Source of the DNA: Octopus vulgaris
Taxonomy: Eukaryota
DNA length: 64,000 bases
Assembly (NCBI GenBank): GCA_951406725.2
Contig: OX597815.1
Coordinates: 183,582,001-183,646,000 of the forward strand
Direction: 5' to 3'
Shown here piece after piece: positions 26,801 through 41,800 of the stretch. The notes under the pieces are model-generated. The model was not told where the DNA came from, did not search any database, and was given only the letters and a program-made list of their open reading frames with translations. Both the position numbers and the translations under genes were made by a program. Each line of letters starts with the position of its first letter. Within the stretch, counting starts at the first letter, position 1.

Positions 26801-29800
26801 AAAGGAGAAAACTGGTGTTCGTCCGATTCATTGTTCAATGAAATTATTATATGAGCAAAAGATCTGATCACGTGATTCTTTTACTTTTTCTAATTGTCGT
26901 TGAAATGGATTGTGGCTGATCAATTTTTCAATAATTGATAGTAAAGAGTGAGAAGAATCGCCGTCACCGGTGTGAGATTGTAGGAATGTAGAGTATTTTT
27001 CTGCAAGATATTTCTTTGTTTTACAGTGATTAATGTATATTGAATGAACGTGCGGCATTTGTTGACTTCATAGGAAGTATGTTTGAAAAAGGTTATTGTT
27101 TAGTACGTATAGAATAAAACTCACGCGGACGAGTGGTTGGTAGAGTTGATGCAGTTGCTGAGGTGACTGGTGCCGTTGTTGTTGAGATAGGGTCTGCAAT
27201 ATTAGATGGAAGGCAAAATATTCGTTAGTAGAATTAGATAAATTTCGATGAAATTGGAAAACGAAGTAAAGGCATCTAATGATTAGAAGTTTCATGTAAA
27301 CTGCTTACGTTTACAGAGTTTCGCAGAGAGAGTTACCAACATGTCTCGTGTTGGATCGGTTGGAGAAAGTTCAATTTGTAGCATGGTTTGACTATTATGT
27401 TGTGGAATGGCAACTGGTCGATCTGGTGAGGATTCCTAATAAATGAAGGGTAAAATTAACTGAAATAAACTTGAACAGCAAGGAAAGAGTGAAAATTATA
27501 CAGTTTGTGTTTTCGATGACTGAAAGAGCCCCATTATAATGTGGCTGATGAAAATAATAGAAACACCTATCATTAGAGAAGCATAATATTGAAATATCTA
27601 TAAAACCGGGCAAAGCTTGTTTAATCTTATGTGTTTTGATTAATTATGAGTGTTGCTTAATATGATTTGCCCAAATTTTCGTTTCATTTAAGATATCATG
27701 AGAAAAAGGTAATTAAAATTCGTTTGCATGTACTCTTGGAAAATATTATCTTTTAATAGAGTTACATAAATATATAAACTGATATAAACTTGAAGTGTAG
27801 AGAAAGAGTGAAAATTATAGAGTTCCAGTTTTCAGTGACTGAATGTGCCATATTATATGTAAGAATGAATATTATCGATTAATTTATCGAAGAATATCGA
27901 ACGTTTGAAATAGGAAATGTGTTGAGTTTCGAAATAGTGAATGGTGTGATTCAGCACGTTGCTGTAAGTAGAATGAATAAAAGGGCGACGAATAAATACC
28001 TGGATTTGTGTTTTTGCAGAAGGATGTAATATGGAAACGGTATAGGATTTCACATTGTCGTGTTCAACAAGGCGAATTATAGCGCCAAAATCTAGGTTGG
28101 GGCCAATAACTAAGGTGATAGTCCTATTCTTATTGGAATTAGTTATCCATCCAACATCTGGTCTGATGTCTCCTGGATTGCCAACTGGGGGATTGAGAGA
28201 GATGGCTGTATCTGGGAGGAAAGATTCATCATTCATCGTTTCTGACAGCGGACACGACCCTGATAAAGAAAACAATTGCCTCTTAAATAATGCAAAATTA
28301 AGGTAAAGTGTGTGTCTGTTGTATATGTGAAAGAAATGAATGGTTGGACTTAAGAAAAATTGTACTAATATTACTTACATTGACGAGAGGTTGTTGGGCT
28401 TGGAACAAGTTCTGTAGTTGCCATGGCAGTGGAGGCAGTTGCTGCATTATAAAACACGCATCGGATGAAGGATGTATAAAGCGAAGAACATAATTTTACA
28501 AGATTTATATTGAATATTTTCGATACAGCCTAGAGACTCACTTGCAGAAATAGAAATAGGAAAGGTATTGGGAAACAAAAATGCGTGGATATGGAGGAAA
28601 ATTTGATCGTTCTCTTGGTTTCTGTCAGGAATGTAATATCGATAGAGATTTCTTACATGAAATACAAACGAGTTTGCATAAAATGCCCGTGCTTAGCTGA
28701 ATAGGAGAGGAAGCGATTATTTAAACATGAAAAGTATTCTGTTTAATGAGGTGCTAAACTTTAAGAAAAATTCAGTATATAAGGTAAGGTTTGTTGATAT
28801 TGAAAAGATTGAGAATTAATAATCCATGTTTAGATGAAATCAACGAAAGGAAGAATGTCGTTTGGGATGCAGAAATATTCGTGTAAAATATTTTGGAAAT
28901 GCTGTGTAGAGCGAAAACGTGAACATCGGTACCGGTGAACGATGAACCGATGTCGATAACTGTGAGACGTAGCAGTGAAGCGATAAGTGTTGATGGATTA
29001 TTTGATAGCTGAATTTAGTTAGAATTTAGGTTGTCAGGTAAAGAACAGGACAGGTTAGTATCATTCTGAGAGTGTAACGCAATAGTATCGCTGAGAATAT
29101 GAAATTTTCAGCAGTTCTCAGGAAAATACTATTTTTATAATGGATGGGGATGAAAGGTAAAATTAGAATTCTCCCAATCGTAGCATCTTAGAAAAGATTA
29201 CGGTGTTTGTGCAAAGGAGAAAACTGGTGTTCGTCCGATTCATTGTTCAATGAAATTATTATATGAGCAAAAGATCTGATCACGTGATTCTTTTACTTTT
29301 TCTAATTGTCGTTGAAATGGATTGTGGCTGATCAATTTTTCAATAATTGATAGTAAAGAGTGAGAAGAATCGCCGTCACCGGTGTGAGATTGTAGGAATG
29401 TAGAGTATTTTTCTGCAAGATATTTCTTTGTTTTACAGTGATTAATGTATATTGAATGAACGTGCGGCATTTGTTGACTTCATAGGAAGTATGTTTGAAA
29501 AAGGTTATTGTTTAGTACGTATAGAATAAAACTCACGCGGACGAGTGGTTGGTAGAGTTGATGCAGTTGCTGAGGTGACTGGTGCCGTTGTTGTTGAGAT
29601 AGGGTCTGCAATATTAGATGGAAGGCAAAATATTCGTTAGTAGAATTAGATAAATTTCGATGAAATTGGAAAACGAAGTAAAGGCATCTAATGATTAGAA
29701 GTTTCATGTAAACTGCTTACGTTTACAGAGTTTCGCAGAGAGAGTTACCAACATGTCTCGTGTTGGATCGGTTGGAGAAAGTTCAATTTGTAGCATGGTT

Positions 29801-32800
29801 TGACTATTATGTTGTGGAATGGCAACTGGTCGATCTGGTGAGGATTCCTAATAAATGAAGGGTAAAATTAACTGAAATAAACTTGAACAGCAAGGAAAGA
29901 GTGAAAATTATACAGTTTGTGTTTTCGATGACTGAAAGAGCCCCATTATAATGTGGCTGATGAAAATAATAGAAACACCTATCATTAGAGAAGCATAATA
30001 TTGAAATATCTATAAAACCGGGCAAAGCTTGTTTAATCTTATGTGTTTTGATTAATTATGAGTGTTGCTTAATATGATTTGCCCAAATTTTCGTTTCATT
30101 TAAGATATCATGAGAAAAAGGTAATTAAAATTCGTTTGCATGTACTCTTGGAAAATATTATCTTTTAATAGAGTTACATAAATATATAAACTGATATAAA
30201 CTTGAAGTGTAGAGAAAGAGTGAAAATTATAGAGTTCCAGTTTTCAGTGACTGAATGTGCCATATTATATGTAAGAATGAATATTATCGATTAATTTATC
30301 GAAGAATATCGAACGTTTGAAATAGGAAATGTGTTGAGTTTCGAAATAGTGAATGGTGTGATTCAGCACGTTGCTGTAAGTAGAATGAATAAAAGGGCGA
30401 CGAATAAATACCTGGATTTGTGTTTTTGCAGAAGGATGTAATATGGAAACGGTATAGGATTTCACATTGTCGTGTTCAACAAGGCGAATTATAGCGCCAA
30501 AATCTAGGTTGGGGCCAATAACTAAGGTGATAGTCCTATTCTTATTGGAATTAGTTATCCATCCAACATCTGGTCTGATGTCTCCTGGATTGCCAACTGG
30601 GGGATTGAGAGAGATGGCTGTATCTGGGAGGAAAGATTCATCATTCATCGTTTCTGACAGCGGACACGACCCTGATAAAGAAAACAATTGCCTCTTAAAT
30701 AATGCAAAATTAAGGTAAAGTGTGTGTCTGTTGTATATGTGAAAGAAATGAATGGTTGGACTTAAGAAAAATTGTATTAATATTACTTACATTGACGAGA
30801 GGTTGTTGGGCTTGGAACAAGTTCTGTAGTTGCCATGGCAGTGGAGGCAGTTGCTGCATTATAAAACACGCATCGGATGAAGGATGTATAAAGCGAAGAA
30901 CATAATTTTACAAGATTTATATTGAATATTTTCGATACAGCCTAGAGACTCACTTGCAGAAATAGAAATAGGAAAGGTATTGGGAAACAAAAATGCGTGG
31001 ATATGGAGGAAAATTTGATCGTTCTCTTGGTTTCTGTCAGGAATGTAATATCGATAGAGATTTCTTACATGAAATACAAACGAGTTTGCATAAAATGCCC
31101 GTGCTTAGCTGAATAGGAGAGGAAGCGATTATTTAAACATGAAAAGTATTCTGTTTAATGAGGTGCTAAATTTTAAGAAAAATTCAGTATATAAGGTAAG
31201 GTTTGTTGATATTGAAAAGATTGAGAATTAATAATCCATGTTTAGATGAAATCAACGAAAGGAAGAATGTCGTTTGGGATGCAGAAATATTCGTGTAAAA
31301 TATTTTGGAAATGCTGTGTAGAGCGAAAACGTGAACATCGGTACCGGTGAACGATGAACCGATGTCGATAACTGTGAGACGTAGCAGTGAAGCGATAAGT
31401 GTTGATGGATTATTTGATAGCTGAATTTAGTTAGAATTTAGGTTGTCAGGTAAAGAACAGGACAGGTTAGTATCATTCTGAGAGTGTAACGCAATAATAT
31501 CGCTGAGAATATGAAATTTTCAGCAGTTCTCAGGAAAATACTATTTTTATAATGGATGGGGATGAAAGGTAAAATTAGAATTCTCCCAATCGTAGCATCT
31601 TAGAAAAGATTACGGTGTTTGTGCAAAGGAGAAAACTGGTGTTCGTCCGATTCATTGTTCAATGAAATTATTATATGAGCAAAAGATCTGATCACGTGAT
31701 TCTTTTACTTTTTCTAATTGTCGTTGAAATGGATTGTGGCTGATCAATTTTTCAATAATTGATAGTAAAGAGTGAGAAGAATCGCCGTCACCGGTGTGAG
31801 ATTGTAGGAATGTAGAGTATTTTTCTGCAAGATATTTCTTTGTTTTACAGTGATTAATGTATATTGAATGAACGTGCGGCATTTGTTGACTTCATAGGAA
31901 GTATGTTTGAAAAAGGTTATTGTTTAGTACGTATAGAATAAAACTCACGCGGACGAGTGGTTGGTAGAGTTGATGCAGTTGCTGAGGTGACTGGTGCCGT
32001 TGTTGTTGAGATAGGGTCTGCAATATTAGATGGAAGGCAAAATATTCGTTAGTAGAATTAGATAAATTTCGATGAAATTGGAAAACGAAGTAAAGGCATC
32101 TAATGATTAGAAGTTTCATGTAAACTGCTTACGTTTACAGAGTTTCGCAGAGAGAGTTACCAACATGTCTCGTGTTGGATCGGTTGGAGAAAGTTCAATT
32201 TGTAGCATGGTTTGACTATTATGTTGTGGAATGGCAACTGGTCGATCTGGTGAGGATTCCTAATAAATGAAGGGTAAAATTAACTGAAATAAACTTGAAC
32301 AGCAAGGAAAGAGTGAAAATTATACAGTTTGTGTTTTCGATGACTGAAAGAGCCCCATTATAATGTGGCTGATGAAAATAATAGAAACACCTATCATTAG
32401 AGAAGCATAATATTGAAATATCTATAAAACCGGGCAAAGCTTGTTTAATCTTATGTGTTTTGATTAATTATGAGTGTTGCTTAATATGATTTGCCCAAAT
32501 TTTCGTTTCATTTAAGATATCATGAGAAAAAGGTAATTAAAATTCGTTTGCATGTACTCTTGGAAAATATTATCTTTTAATAGAGTTACATAAATATATA
32601 AACTGATATAAACTTGAAGTGTAGAGAAAGAGTGAAAATTATAGAGTTCCAGTTTTCAGTGACTGAATGTGCCATATTATATGTAAGAATGAATATTATC
32701 GATTAATTTATCGAAGAATATCGAACGTTTGAAATAGGAAATGTGATGAGTTTCGAAATAGTGAATGGTGTGATTCAGCACGTTGCTGTAAGTAGAATGA

Positions 32801-35800
32801 ATAAAAGGGCGACGAATAAATACCTGGATTTGTGTTTTTGCAGAAGGATGTAATATGGAAACGGTATAGGATTTCACATTGTCGTGTTCAACAAGGCGAA
32901 TTATAGCGCCAAAATCTAGGTTGGGGCCAATAACTAAGGTGATAGTCCTATTCTTATTGGAATTAGTTATCCATCCAACATCTGGTCTGATGTCTCCTGG
33001 ATTGCCAACTGGGGGATTGAGAGAGATGGCTGTATCTGGGAGGAAAGATTCATCATTCATCGTTTCTGACAGCGGACACGACCCTGATAAAGAAAACAAT
33101 TGCCTCTTAAATAATGCAAAATTAAGGTAAAGTGTGTGTCTGTTGTATATGTGAAAGAAATGAATGGTTGGACTTAAGAAAAATTGTATTAATATTACTT
33201 ACATTGACGAGAGGTTGTTGGGCTTGGAACAAGTTCTGTAGTTGCCATGGCAGTGGAGGCAGTTGCTGCATTATAAAACACGCATCGGATGAAGGATGTA
33301 TAAAGCGAAGAACATAATTTTACAAGATTTATATTGAATATTTTCGATACAGCCTAGAGACTCACTTGCAGAAATAGAAATAGGAAAGGTATTGGGAAAC
33401 AAAAATGCGTGGATATGGAGGAAAATTTGATCGTTCTCTTGGTTTCTGTCAGGAATGTAATATCGATAGAGATTTCTTACATGAAATACAAACGAGTTTG
33501 CATAAAATGCCCGTGCTTAGCTGAATAGGAGAGGAAGCGATTATTTAAACATGAAAAGTATTCTGTTTAATGAGGTGCTAAATTTTAAGAAAAATTCAGT
33601 ATATAAGGTAAGGTTTGTTGATATTGAAAAGATTGAGAATTAATAATCCATGTTTAGATGAAATCAACGAAAGGAAGAATGTCGTTTGGGATGCAGAAAT
33701 ATTCGTGTAAAATATTTTGGAAATACTGTGTAGAGCGAAAACGTGAACATCGGTACCGGTGAACGATGGACCGATGTCGAAAACTGTGAGACGTAGCAGT
33801 GAAGCGATAAGAGTTGATGGATTAATTGATAGCTGAATTTAGTTAGAATTTAGGTTGTCAGGTAAAGAACAGGATAGGTTAGTATCATTCTGAGAGTGTA
33901 ACGCAATAGTATCGCTGAGAATATGAAATTTTCAGCAGTTCTCAGGAAAATACTATTTTTATAATGGATGGGGATGAAAGGTAAAATTAGAATTCTCCTA
34001 ATCGTAGCATCTTAGAAAAGATTACGGTGTTTGTGCAAAGGAGAAAACTGGTGTTCGTCCGATTCATTGTTCAATGAAATTATTATATGAGCAAAAGATC
34101 TGATCACGTGATTCTTTTTCTTTTTCTTATTGTCGTTGAAATGGATTGTGGCTGATCAATTTTTCAATAATTGATATTAAAGAGTGAGAAGAATCGCCGT
34201 CACCGGTGTGAGATTGTAGGAATGTAGAGTATTTTTCTGCAAGATATTTCTTTGTTTTACAGTGATTAATGTATATTGAATGAACGTGCGGCATTTGTTG
34301 ACTTCATAGGAAGTATGTTTGAAAAAGGTTATTGTTTAGTACGTATAGAATAAAACTCACGCGGACGAGTGGTTGGGAGAGTTGGTGCAGTTGCTGAGGT
34401 GACTGGTGCCGTTGTTGTTGAGATAGGGTCTGCAATATTAGATGGAAGGAAAAATATTCGTTAGTAGAATAAGATAAATTTCGATGAAATTGGAAAACGA
34501 AGTAAAGGCATCTAATGATTAGAAGTTTCATGTAAACTGCTTACGTTTACAGAGTTTCGCAGAGAGAGTTACCAACATGTCTCGTGTTGGATCGGTTGGA
34601 GAAAGTTCAATTTGTAGCATGGTTTGACTATTATGTTGTGGAATGGCAACTGGTAGATCTGGTGAGGATTCCTAATAAATGAAGGGTAAAATTAACTGAA
34701 ATAAACTTGAACAGCAAGGAAAGAGTGAAAATTATACAGTTTGTGTTTTCGATGACTGAAAGAGCCCCATTATACTGTGGCTGATGAAAATAATAGAAAC
34801 ACCTATCATTAGAGAAGCATAATATTGAAATATCTATAAAACCGGGCAAAGCTTGTTTAATCTTATGTGTTTTGATTAATTATGAGTGTTGCTTAATATG
34901 ATTTGCCCAAATTTTCGTTTCATTTAAGATATCATGAGAAAAAGGTAATTAAAATTCGTTTGCATGTACTCTTGGAAAATATTATCTTTTAATAGAGTTA
35001 CATAAATATATAAACTGATATAAACTTGAAGTGTAGAGAAAGAGTGAAAATTATAGAGTTCCAGTTTTCAGTGACTGAATGTGCCATATTATATGTAAGA
35101 ATGAATATTATCGATTAATTTATCGAAGAATATCGAACGTTTGAAATAGGAAATGTGATGAGTTTCGAAATAGTGAATGGTGTGATTCAGCACGTTGCTG
35201 TAAGTAGAATGAATAAAAGGGCGACGAATAAATACCTGGATTTGTGTTTTTGCAGAAGGATGTAATATGGAAACGGTATAGGATTTCACATTGTCGTGTT
35301 CAACAAGGCGAATTATAGCGCCAAAATCTAAGTTGGGGCCAATAACTAAGGTGATAGTCCTATTCTTATTGGAATTAGTTATCCATCCAACATCTGGTCT
35401 GATGTCTCCTGGATTGCCAACTGGGGGATTGAGAGAGATGGCTGTATCTGGGAGGAAAGATTCATCATTCATCGTTTCTGACAGCGGACACGACCCTGAT
35501 AAAGAAAACAATTGCCTCTTAAATAATGCAAAATTAAGGTAAAGTGTGTGTCTGTTGTATATGTGAAAGAAATGAATGGTTGGACTTAAGAAAAATTGTA
35601 TTAATATTACTTACATTGACGAGAGGTTGTTGGGCTTGGAACAAGTTCTGTAGTTGCCATGGCAGTGGAGGCAGTTGCTGCATTATAAAACACGCATCGG
35701 ATGAAGGATGTATAAAGCGAAGAACATAATTTTACAAGATTTATATTGAATATTTTCGATACAGCCTAGAGACTCACTTGCAGAAATAGAAATAGGAAAG

Positions 35801-38800
35801 GTATTGGGAAACAAAAATGCGTGGATATGGAGGAAAATTTGATCGTTCTCTTGGTTTCTGTCAGGAATGTAATATCGATAGAGATTTCTTACATGAAATA
35901 CAAACGAGTTTGCATAAAATGCCCGTGCTTAGCTGAATAGGAGAGGAAGCGATTATTTAAACATGAAAAGTATTCTGTTTAATGAGGTGCTAAATTTTAA
36001 GAAAAATTCAGTATATAAGGTAAGGTTTGTTGATATTGAAAAGATTGAGAATTAATAATCCATGTTTAGATGAAATCAACGAAAGGAAGAATGTCGTTTG
36101 GGATGCAGAAATATTCGTGTAAAATATTTTGGAAATACTGTGTAGAGCGAAAACGTGAACATCGGTACCGGTGAACGATGGACCGATGTCGAAAACTGTG
36201 AGACGTAGCAGTGAAGCGATAAGAGTTGATGGATTAATTGATAGCTGAATTTAGTTAGAATTTAGGTTGTCAGGTAAAGAACAGGATAGGTTAGTATCAT
36301 TCTGAGAGTGTAACGCAATAGTATCGCTGAGAATATGAAATTTTCAGCAGTTCTCAGGAAAATACTATTTTTATAATGGATGGGGATGAAAGGTAAAATT
36401 AGAATTCTCCTAATCGTAGCATCTTAGAAAAGATTACGGTGTTTGTGCAAAGGAGAAAACTGGTGTTCGTCCGATTCATTGTTCAATGAAATTATTATAT
36501 GAGCAAAAGATCTGATCACGTGATTCTTTTTCTTTTTCTTATTGTCGTTGAAATGGATTGTGGCTGATCAATTTTTCAATAATTGATATTAAAGAGTGAG
36601 AAGAATCGCCGTCACCGGTGTGAGATTGTAGGAATGTAGAGTATTTTTCTGCAAGATATTTCTTTGTTTTACAGTGATTAATGTATATTGAATGAACGTG
36701 CGGCATTTGTTGACTTCATAGGAAGTATGTTTGAAAAAGGTTATTGTTTAGTACGTATAGAATAAAACTCACGCGGACGAGTGGTTGGGAGAGTTGGTGC
36801 AGTTGCTGAGGTGACTGGTGCCGTTGTTGTTGAGATAGGGTCTGCAATATTAGATGGAAGGAAAAATATTCGTTAGTAGAATAAGATAAATTTCGATGAA
36901 ATTGGAAAACGAAGTAAAGGCATCTAATGATTAGAAGTTTCATGTAAACTGCTTACGTTTACAGAGTTTCGCAGAGAGAGTTACCAACATGTCTCGTGTT
37001 GGATCGGTTGGAGAAAGTTCAATTTGCAGCATGGTTTGACTATTATGTTGTGGAATGGCAACTGGTAGATCTGGTGAGGATTCCTAATAAATGAAGGGTA
37101 AAATTAACTGAAATAAACTTGAACAGCAAGGAAAGAGTGAAAATTATACAGTTTGTGTTTTCGATGACTGAAAGAGCCCCATTATACTGTGGCTGATGAA
37201 AATAATAGAAACACCTACCATTAGAGAAGCATAATATTGAAATATCTATAAAACCGGGCAAAGCTTGTTTAATCTTATGTGTTTTGATTAATTATGAGTG
37301 TTGCTTAATATGATTTGCCCAAATTTTCGTTTCATTTAAGATATCATGACAAAAAGGTAATTAAAATTCGTTTGCATGTACTCTTGGAAAATATTATCTT
37401 TTAATAGAGTTACATAAATATATAAACTGATATAAACTAGAAGTGTAGAGAAAGTGTGAAAATTATAGAGTTCCAGTTTTCAGTGACTGAATGTGCCATA
37501 TTATATGTAAGAATGAATATTATCGATTAATTTATCGAAGAATATCGAACGTTTGAAATAGGAAATGTGTTGAGTTTCGAAATAGTGAATGGTGTGATTC
37601 AGCACGTTGCTGTAAGTAGAATGAATAAAAGGGCGACGAATAAATACCTGGATTTGTGTTTTTGCAGAAGGATGTAATATGGAAACGGTATAGGATTTCA
37701 CATTGTCGTGTTCAACAAGGCGAATTATAGCGCCAAAATCTAGGTTGGGGCCAATAACTAAGGTGATAGTCCTATTCTTATTGGAATTAGTCATCCATCC
37801 AACATCTGGTCTGATGTCTCCTGGATTGCCAACTGGGGGATTGAGAGAGATGGCTGTATCTGGGAGGAAAGATTCATCATTCATCGTTTCTGACAGCGGA
37901 CACGACCCTGATAAAGAAAACAATTGCCTCTTAAATAATGCAAAATTAAGGTAAAGTGTGTGTCTGTTGTATATGTGAAAGAAATGAATGGTTGGACTTA
38001 AGAAAAATTGTATTAATATTACTTACATTGACGAGAGGTTGTTGGGCTTGGAACAAGTTCTGTAGTTGCCATGGCAGTGGAGGCAGTTGCTGCATTATAA
38101 AACACGCATCGGATGAAGGATGTATAAAGCGAAGAACATAATTTTACAAGATTTATATTGAATATTTTCGATACAGCCTAGAGACTCACTTGCAGAAATA
38201 GAAATAGGAAAGGTATTGGGAAACAAAAATGCGTGGATATGGAGGAAAATTTGATCGTTCTCTTGGTTTCTGTCAGGAATGTAATATCGATAGAGATTTC
38301 TTACATGAAATACAAACGAGTTTGCATAAAATGCCCGTGCTTAGCTGAAAAGGAGAGGAAGCGATTACTTAAACGTGAACAGTATTCTTTTTAATGAGGT
38401 GCTAAATTTTAAGAAAAATTCAGTATATAAGGTAAGGTTTGTTGATATTGAAAAGATTGAGAATTAATAATCCATGTTTAGATGAAATCAACGAAAGGAA
38501 GAATGTCGTTTGGGATGCAGAAATATTCGTGTAAAATATTTTGGAAATGCTGTGTAGAGCGAAAACGTGAACATCGGTACCGGTGAACGATGAACCGATG
38601 TCGATAACTGTGAGACGTAGCAGTGAAGCGATAAGAGTTGATGGATTAATTGATAGCTGAATTTAGTTAGAATTTAGGTTGTCAGGTAAAGAACAGGACA
38701 GGTTAGTATCATTCTGAGAGTGTAACGCAATAGTATCGCTGAGAATATGAAATTTTCAGCAGTTCTCAGGAAAATACTATTTTTATAATGGATGGGGATG

Positions 38801-41800
38801 AAAGGTAAAATTAGAATTCTCCCAATCGTAGCATCTTAGAAAAGATTACGGTGTTTGTGCAAAGGAGAAAACTGGTGTTCGTCCGATTCATTGTTCAATG
38901 AAATTATTATATGAGCAAAAGATCTGATCACGTGATTCTTTTTCTTTTTCTAATTGTCGTTGAAATGGATTGTGGCTGATCAATTTTTCAATAATTGATA
39001 GTAAAGAGTGAGAAGAATCGCCGTCACCGGTGTGAGATTGTAGGAATGTAGAGTATTTTTCTGCAAGATATTTCTTTGTTTTACAGTGATTAATGTATAT
39101 TGAATGAACGTGCGGCATTTGTTGACTTCATAGGAAGTATGTTTGAAAAAGGTTATTGTTTAGTACGTATAGAATAAAACTCACGCGGACGAGTGGTTGG
39201 TAGAGTTGATGCAGTTGCTGAGGTGACTGGTGCCGTTGTTGTTGAGATAGGGTCTGCAATATTAGATGGAAGGCAAAATATTCGTTAGTAGAATTAGATA
39301 AATTTCGATGAAATTGGAAAACGAAGTAAAGGCATCTAATGATTAGAAGTTTCATGTAAACTGCTTACGTTTACGGATGAAGGAATTATAAAGCGAACAA
39401 GATAATTTTACAAGATTTATATTCAATATTTTAGATAGAATCTAGAGATACCTTTGCAGAGATAGAAAGAGGAAAGGAAGCGAGAAATAAATATTTGTTG
39501 ATATGAGAATTTAAGAATTCCTGTTCAAAATTATTTAAATGTAATGAACGCTGTTTGAATAGGCGAAGTTCCTTTTTGATGATGAAATATTTGTACAAAT
39601 GATAGCGGAAATGCCATGTAGAGAACATACGTTTATATTCGTCCGGTGAATGATGCACTGATGTAGACAATTGGGAGATGTAGCATTGAAATCATAAGAA
39701 CTGATGAAGAAATTGTGAGAGAAATTGACGTTTTGCTCTGTCAATATAACGGGATCTCAGTGATACCCTCAAGGGAATATAACTGAATGAGACTTGGATA
39801 CATGAATATTCTAGGTGCAATGATCGAGATAATTTTGTTTTTACAGTTGGGAAATTATCGCGAATTAAAAATTTCCTCAACCTTAATATCTTACTAACTG
39901 TTACGAATATTGTGGAAATGAGAAATTGGTGTTGGTCATATCAAATCTTTAATGTAATTACTATATGTGCAAATGATCCAATTATATAAATCGGTTTCCC
40001 TCTGTTGTTGGAGTGAACCCGAAAAATTTGGCAAGACCTCATAAGAAAGTATTAGAAAATTTTTGTGAAAGTAGTTTCAAATTGCTGCATCTGCAGCTTT
40101 TTTGAGAAACTAGTACTATTTGTAGTGATCCTATATAACGGTGCGCGCACGCGCACCGTCCATTTCTATTTCGCGCGTGCGGTGTTGGTGCCTTCACCAA
40201 GGCAGAGAGGAAGGGCCCTCTCGCGCATGCGCGAAGCCCCGGAAGAAGGACCATTTGCCTACGTTGCAGTTAGCCGAGGCAAGGGGATCGTAGGACGTTG
40301 ACCACTAGCGTCCAGCAGCAGTCAGTGACTTGAGACAAAGCGACCGAAGGCAACGGACGTATATTTTCTCGCTGCCCATTCTTAATAGCAGTCGGCCGAA
40401 GGCTTTAACCAAATTGTTGCAGACAACATCATCTTCCTCTTTCCGGACGCCATCTTTGACCAGTGTCGTTAGCATTTGAACACTGTAGATTCTACAGCGA
40501 TATAGTTCAGCTCTGACATCTATACCAAAGGGATACCCAGATATACCACTTATTTGTTACTGTCATAAGAGAATAAAGTAGATATATATATTTTACGTCT
40601 GCGTCTTGTTGTTTCTGACTGGTAGAATCTGGATATTAAAGCAACGGAAAGTGATAGCTTCTCGCACCCCCAAAAGGTCCAGAGAAGATATTCACTAGTC
40701 GTTAAACTGGTGACCCCGACGTAATTCTGGTCTCAAACCAGAGATCACTTAACAACAAAGAAATCCAGTTTTTCTGCCAGGTCGGAACACGATCAACTCT
40801 ACGCATTCATCTTTCGACGATTTGTTTCCGGTCCCCTCAAACAGTTATAGAAGGAGCCTTTCTTATTCTTCAGCAATAATGACGGACGCCATCATATCAT
40901 CGATGCCTTTTCTCTACCGTCATCGCCATCGTCGTCTTTCGACTTCACGTCGTCGTTATCTTCGTCGCCATCACCACTAAGAACAATGTTGTCTCAAGTC
41001 CACTACAGTCGCCTTCCACCACCACCGTCGCCTTTCAACACCGTCGACCAAGATGTACATAGCAACTCGCGGAACTTTAGCTTTCACGCTGTTCGTGCAT
41101 AGCGCGCCAAGGATTAACAGCCCAGTCTATCTGCGAGATTCTTCTGTAACGATTTAACCTGTCACAGCATCGAAGCTACAACCGCTACACATTGTGTTCA
41201 ACCGGCATCTGCATTTGTGATTTCAACATTCTGTTACAGAACGAACTGCTATTGTGCATCAGGCTATTAGAGACTGGTAAATTAACTCCATTGTCTGAGA
41301 TAGCCCTGAGAGACATTTTTCTATGCGCTGTATTTTTATTTTTGCTCGCATTCACCTTGTTTGTATATTCTGTCGCACACACGTACACACACATAAATGC
41401 TATCTCTCTCACATACATACGTCACACATGCTTTTCTCGCTTGTTTTTCCATGCTAATTTGCCTTTGTGGACACACCTCATTTCTGTAGACCCTAGGTCG
41501 GTCACGTATACATAGAGAGGGTTGTTTGTCCATTATAACGCGCCAGCATGTCATACTTTTGTTCCTGTACGAACGAGGCATATAATCGCTCAACCACTGG
41601 CATATTCATTGCTGTTTTTCGGTCTGGCAAGCCCTATTGCATTTCATGCGCCTTTGCTCCGCACGTGTACTGCCTTGTTTTTGGAACACGTTTGCGTTAG
41701 CTTAATTCTTTTCCCGACTCATAGAACGTCAGATGTTCACATGCGCTGCGCCCATGTTTTAGGCGTAATTATTTTTCCCTGTTAGACTCCTGTTGGTCAC

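Larger units (their letters stand above)
3283..39374 (-). repeat. Type-1 intragenic tandem array, 2,412-bp unit, 15 copies, each encoding 173 aa in four exons (D, A, B, C)
   Basis: The ORF track recurs every 2,412 bp (one 2,406, one 2,411, and one 3,016 caused by a solo LTR). The 260-nt B exons begin (+ coordinates) at 3283, 6299, 8705, 11117, 13529, 15941, 18352, 20764, 23176, 25588, 28000, 30412, 32824, 35236, 37648. Confidence 0.96.

Noticed and set aside
5694-37261. 72-aa MPGFIDIS... and 76-aa MPHVHSIY... ORFs as small repeated genes
   Set aside because: Intronic or out-of-frame. They recur only because the unit is duplicated, are broken in some units and are absent from diverged copies.
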